Positions 61,545 to 64,000 of a stretch of 64,000 nt of DNA are shown here, in pieces; position 1 is the stretch's first letter; each line of letters begins with the position of its first letter. The notes below the pieces were generated by a model. The model saw only the letters and a list, made by a program, of their open reading frames with translations. It ran no database searches and had not been told where the DNA came from. Location of the stretch: assembly GCF_028369105.1 (NCBI RefSeq), contig NZ_JAQNDO010000001.1, positions 2,035,711-2,099,710 of the forward strand, in the 5' to 3' direction. This stretch comes from Polyangium mundeleinium (lineage in GTDB: Bacteria > Myxococcota_A > Polyangia > Polyangiales > Polyangiaceae). The position numbers were made by a program, and so were the translations under genes.

Positions 61545-61925
61545 GCCGTCGTCCTCCGGGGAGCATGACGACGTCCTCCCGGAGCATGACGACATCCGCG
61601 GGGAGCACGCCGTCGTCCTCCGGGGAGCATGACGACGTCCGCGGGGAGCATGACGACGTCCTCCCGGAGCATGACGACATCCGCGGGGAGCACGCCGTCG
61701 TCCTCCGGGGAGCATGACGACGTCCGCGGGGAGCACGCCGTCGTCCGCCGGGGAGCATGACGACGTCCGCGGGGAGCACGCCGTCGTCCTCCGGGAGCAT
61801 GAAGACGTCCGCCGAGAGCATGAAGACGTCCGCCGGGAGCATGAAGACGTCCGCCGGGAGCACGCCGTCGTCCTCCGGGAGCATGACGACGCGCGCCGGG
61901 AGCACGCCATCGTCCGCCGGGAGCG
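61545..61925. repeat. 21-bp tandem repeat array, about 18-20 units (ggagcaYgMcgWcgtcctccS), immediately 5' of the ATPase gene
   Basis: Read directly. The units keep a 7-codon period, giving open frames on both strands (REHEDVR..., DDGVLPADVVMLPE..., SRRTSSC...). Confidence 0.9.
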
Positions 61926-61935
61926 CGACGCGACG

Positions 61936-62388
61936 CTAGAACCGCCCCATCACCACGAGCCCCTGCATCGCCCCGCTCACGACCGGCACCACGGTGACCT
62001 TCGCTGGCGCCGGGCTCGGGTGCGCTTCGGGATTGATCCACCCGAGCACCAATCCAAGAAAGACCCCCGCCGCGCCCACGCCGAGCGCCGTGGTCGCGAC
62101 CCGCCCGTCGGTCGTCGCTTTCTCGCGGAGCGCATACCCCTCGGCGTCACATTTGTCCGGATCCGACGTGAGGCAATGCTGCTTCGTCGCCGCATTCGCC
62201 TCGTCCGAGCGAGACGCATACACTGCGCCGGCCACGATCGCAGAGGCGCCCGTGGTCATGACGAGCGCCGCCGCAATGCGGGGGCCCGTCCAGAAGGGGG
62301 CCGGCGGAGGCGGCGGCGCCGCGGGGGGTTCGGCCCAGGCGATCGAGGGGAGCACGAGGGCGGCCAGGAAAAAGGGCAGGGAGCGCAT
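61936..62388 (-). CDS. small secreted membrane protein carrying the same C-terminal anchor module as the two PEGA proteins
   Basis: MRSLPFFLAALVLPSIAWA signal; TM - C(x8)C - TM - ends VVMGRF; stop of the upstream gene 1 nt away. Confidence 0.6.
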   Translation of the reverse strand: MRSLPFFLAALVLPSIAWAEPPAAPPPPPAPFWTGPRIAAALVMTTGASAIVAGAVYASRSDEANAATKQHCLTSDPDKCDAEGYALREKATTDGRVATTALGVGAAGVFLGLVLGWINPEAHPSPAPAKVTVVPVVSGAMQGLVVMGRF

Positions 62389-62389
62389 G

Positions 62390-64000
62390 TCAGAGGTCGA
62401 AGAGCTCGTCGTCCTGGCCCGCGTCCTCCTCGGCGAGGAGCGCCTCCGCGTGCTTGGCGACCGATTCGAAGAATTTTTGCTCGGGTGATTTCGAGGGCAA
62501 TCGGGCCGCGGCCTCGCGGGCCTGCGAGCGCAGGAGCGTCTCGCTGCGATCCGCCCGGGCGCCCGAGCGAGGCCGCGCCTGGCCCGTGACGACCGAGAAG
62601 AGCGCGCTCCGGACACGCTCGAAGCAGCCCTCGCCGGTCGCGTGCGCCCGCCGGAGGAGCGTGGCGACGAGCTCGAGGTGCGCGAAGAGGAAGGTGGGCG
62701 GCGCCTCTTCGAGGAGCGCGGAGATCGCTTCGAGCTCGCTCTCGCCGCCGTCCTGCACCCACTCGGAGAGGACTTCGACCGTCGGCAAGGCGAACGAGCG
62801 CGAGGCGTCGTGGAAGAGGCGCGCGGCGTGGAAACGGACCCAGCCAATGCGGGCCCGCGCGAGGTGGCGGACGCGGCGCAGGAGCGAGAGCCACTCCGGC
62901 GAGCGCGTGAGGCCGGCGAGGATGGCCGAGAGGCCCTCCGGCGGGAGCGGCTCGTACTCCTCCGCCCCTGCGACGGCCCCGGACGCGGCGCGCGCGATGC
63001 GCTCGATGAAGAGGCCCGCGACGTCCTCCGGCAGGCGTTTGCCCGCGTGGTGGAGGAATCGCATCGTGGAGTGGCCGTCGAGGCTACGCGCCGCGCCGAG
63101 GCGCGTGAGGAAGAGGATGATTTCCTCCTCGGAGAGCGCGCCTTCGGAGAAGAGGCCGCCCGCGTCGAGGGCGCCGAAGAGGGCCTCGGCGACCTCGGGG
63201 CCCTCGGAGAGGTCGACGCCGACGGCGAGCTCGACCGCGTCGCGCGGGGAGGATTTGGCGAGGGTGCGGAGCGCCCCGAGCGCCGCGCGGCGGACGAAGC
63301 CGTCGCGGTGTCCGAGGAGGTGGCGGAGCGCTTCGCGATCGCCGGGCAGGGGCTTTTCGACCCAGCGATGGAAGACCTGCGCGAGCGAGGCGCAGAGCGT
63401 GGGGTTGCCGCCCGTGACGATGGTGTCGACGAGGGCCTCGGCGCGATCGGGCGCGGCCTCGCGGAGTGCATGCAACAAGGAGGCGACGTGCGGGCCGAGC
63501 GGGCTCTCGGGCGCGCCCATGACGGCCTCGCAGATCGCCGCGGCCGCCGCCGGATGCATGCGGGAGAGGACGTGCAGGAGGAGGCGCGGGGAGCCGGACT
63601 TGCCCGCGAGCGCGAGGGCTTCGAGCGCCGCGCCGAGCCATTCGGCCGTCTGCGCAGGCGGGTGGCCCTCGGCGAGCATCTCGTCGACGACCGCGCGACA
63701 CGCGTCGGCCGAGCGTCGCTCGACGCCCCCGCGATCGACCTCGCCCGAGCCCGGGATCTCGCTCGCCGGCAGGTCGATCATGCCGCGCTGCGCGGGTGAG
63801 CGTTGCGTGAGGGCCTCGTAGAGCCTGCGCTCGGCCGAGGTCGGGACGGTGCCAAGGGCCGTCTCGGCCGCCGCGCGCACCTCGGAGGAGCTCGCGCGCC
63901 GGGCCGCGCGCCGGAGCGCGTCGGCGACCGCAAAATGGACGAGCGGATCGGTGGAGGTGTTCGCGGCGGCGCCGAGCATCGTGAGGATGTCGAGCCGCTC
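62390..64000 (-). CDS. HEAT/PBS-lyase-like repeat protein (N-terminus beyond window end)
   Basis: Repeated (alpha-alpha) units with ...ALGAL..L..P motifs; the in-frame sequence upstream of the listed Met continues to the window edge without a stop. Confidence 0.65.
   Translation of the reverse strand, partial: ERLDILTMLGAAANTSTDPLVHFAVADALRRAARRASSSEVRAAAETALGTVPTSAERRLYEALTQRSPAQRGMIDLPASEIPGSGEVDRGGVERRSADACRAVVDEMLAEGHPPAQTAEWLGAALEALALAGKSGSPRLLLHVLSRMHPAAAAAICEAVMGAPESPLGPHVASLLHALREAAPDRAEALVDTIVTGGNPTLCASLAQVFHRWVEKPLPGDREALRHLLGHRDGFVRRAALGALRTLAKSSPRDAVELAVGVDLSEGPEVAEALFGALDAGGLFSEGALSEEEIILFLTRLGAARSLDGHSTMRFLHHAGKRLPEDVAGLFIERIARAASGAVAGAEEYEPLPPEGLSAILAGLTRSPEWLSLLRRVRHLARARIGWVRFHAARLFHDASRSFALPTVEVLSEWVQDGGESELEAISALLEEAPPTFLFAHLELVATLLRRAHATGEGCFERVRSALFSVVTGQARPRSGARADRSETLLRSQAREAAARLPSKSPEQKFFESVAKHAEALLAEEDAGQDDELFDL

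Noticed and set aside
61545-61925. 21-bp array as a CRISPR array.
   Set aside because: Units are directly adjacent with no unique spacers, and no cas genes are present.
61435-62041. ORFs entirely inside the 21-bp tandem array (61435..61905(-), 61454..61717(+), 61714..62589(+), 61292..62041(-)) as heptad-repeat proteins.
   Set aside because: The array is open in five or more frames simply because the unit is 21 nt. With no start context or termination logic favouring any frame, I treat it as a noncoding minisatellite, with a coding role noted only as a possibility.

Overview
This 64 kb window is about 70% GC. Its content points to a myxobacterial (Myxococcota) chromosome: many lipobox lipoproteins, Cu-binding_MopE-type and Myxococcus Cys-rich repeats, PEGA domains and SBBP beta-propeller repeats. 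The ORF track reports GTG/TTG starts as M, omits ORFs cut by the window edge, and contains many long antisense 'shadow' ORFs (Arg/Ala-rich) that I reject. I support about 45 genes. Two paralogous operons each pair a PEGA-domain membrane protein with a giant MopE-repeat lipoprotein (828 and about 1984 aa); they flank a cbEGF plus fibrinogen-like secreted protein. An orphan T6SS vgrG island (29.3-37.5 kb) has VgrG, a translationally coupled SMC-like ATPase, two tandem DUF1795 (Eag-like) chaperone candidates, a prePAAR/PAAR protein ending in a roughly 90-residue polyproline tract with no toxin domain, and a convergent DUF2169-like protein. Other notable items: an MMP-like matrixin with a cysteine switch and bulb-lectin domain; an 1870-aa STK-AAA-TPR-GAF-PAS-histidine-kinase sensor whose 5' flank carries an 83-bp inverted copy of an internal gene segment; a coupled ABC-ATPase plus Toprim-like pair (PARIS/OLD-like candidate defence system) preceded by a 21-bp x about 20 tandem array; a recurring (GCGGRA)n hexamer element in five intergenic regions; an in-frame TGA in a Cys-rich lipoprotein gene; and a lower-GC, gene-poor stretch at 40.3-44.2 kb. 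No rRNA, tRNA, CRISPR or transposase was recognised.
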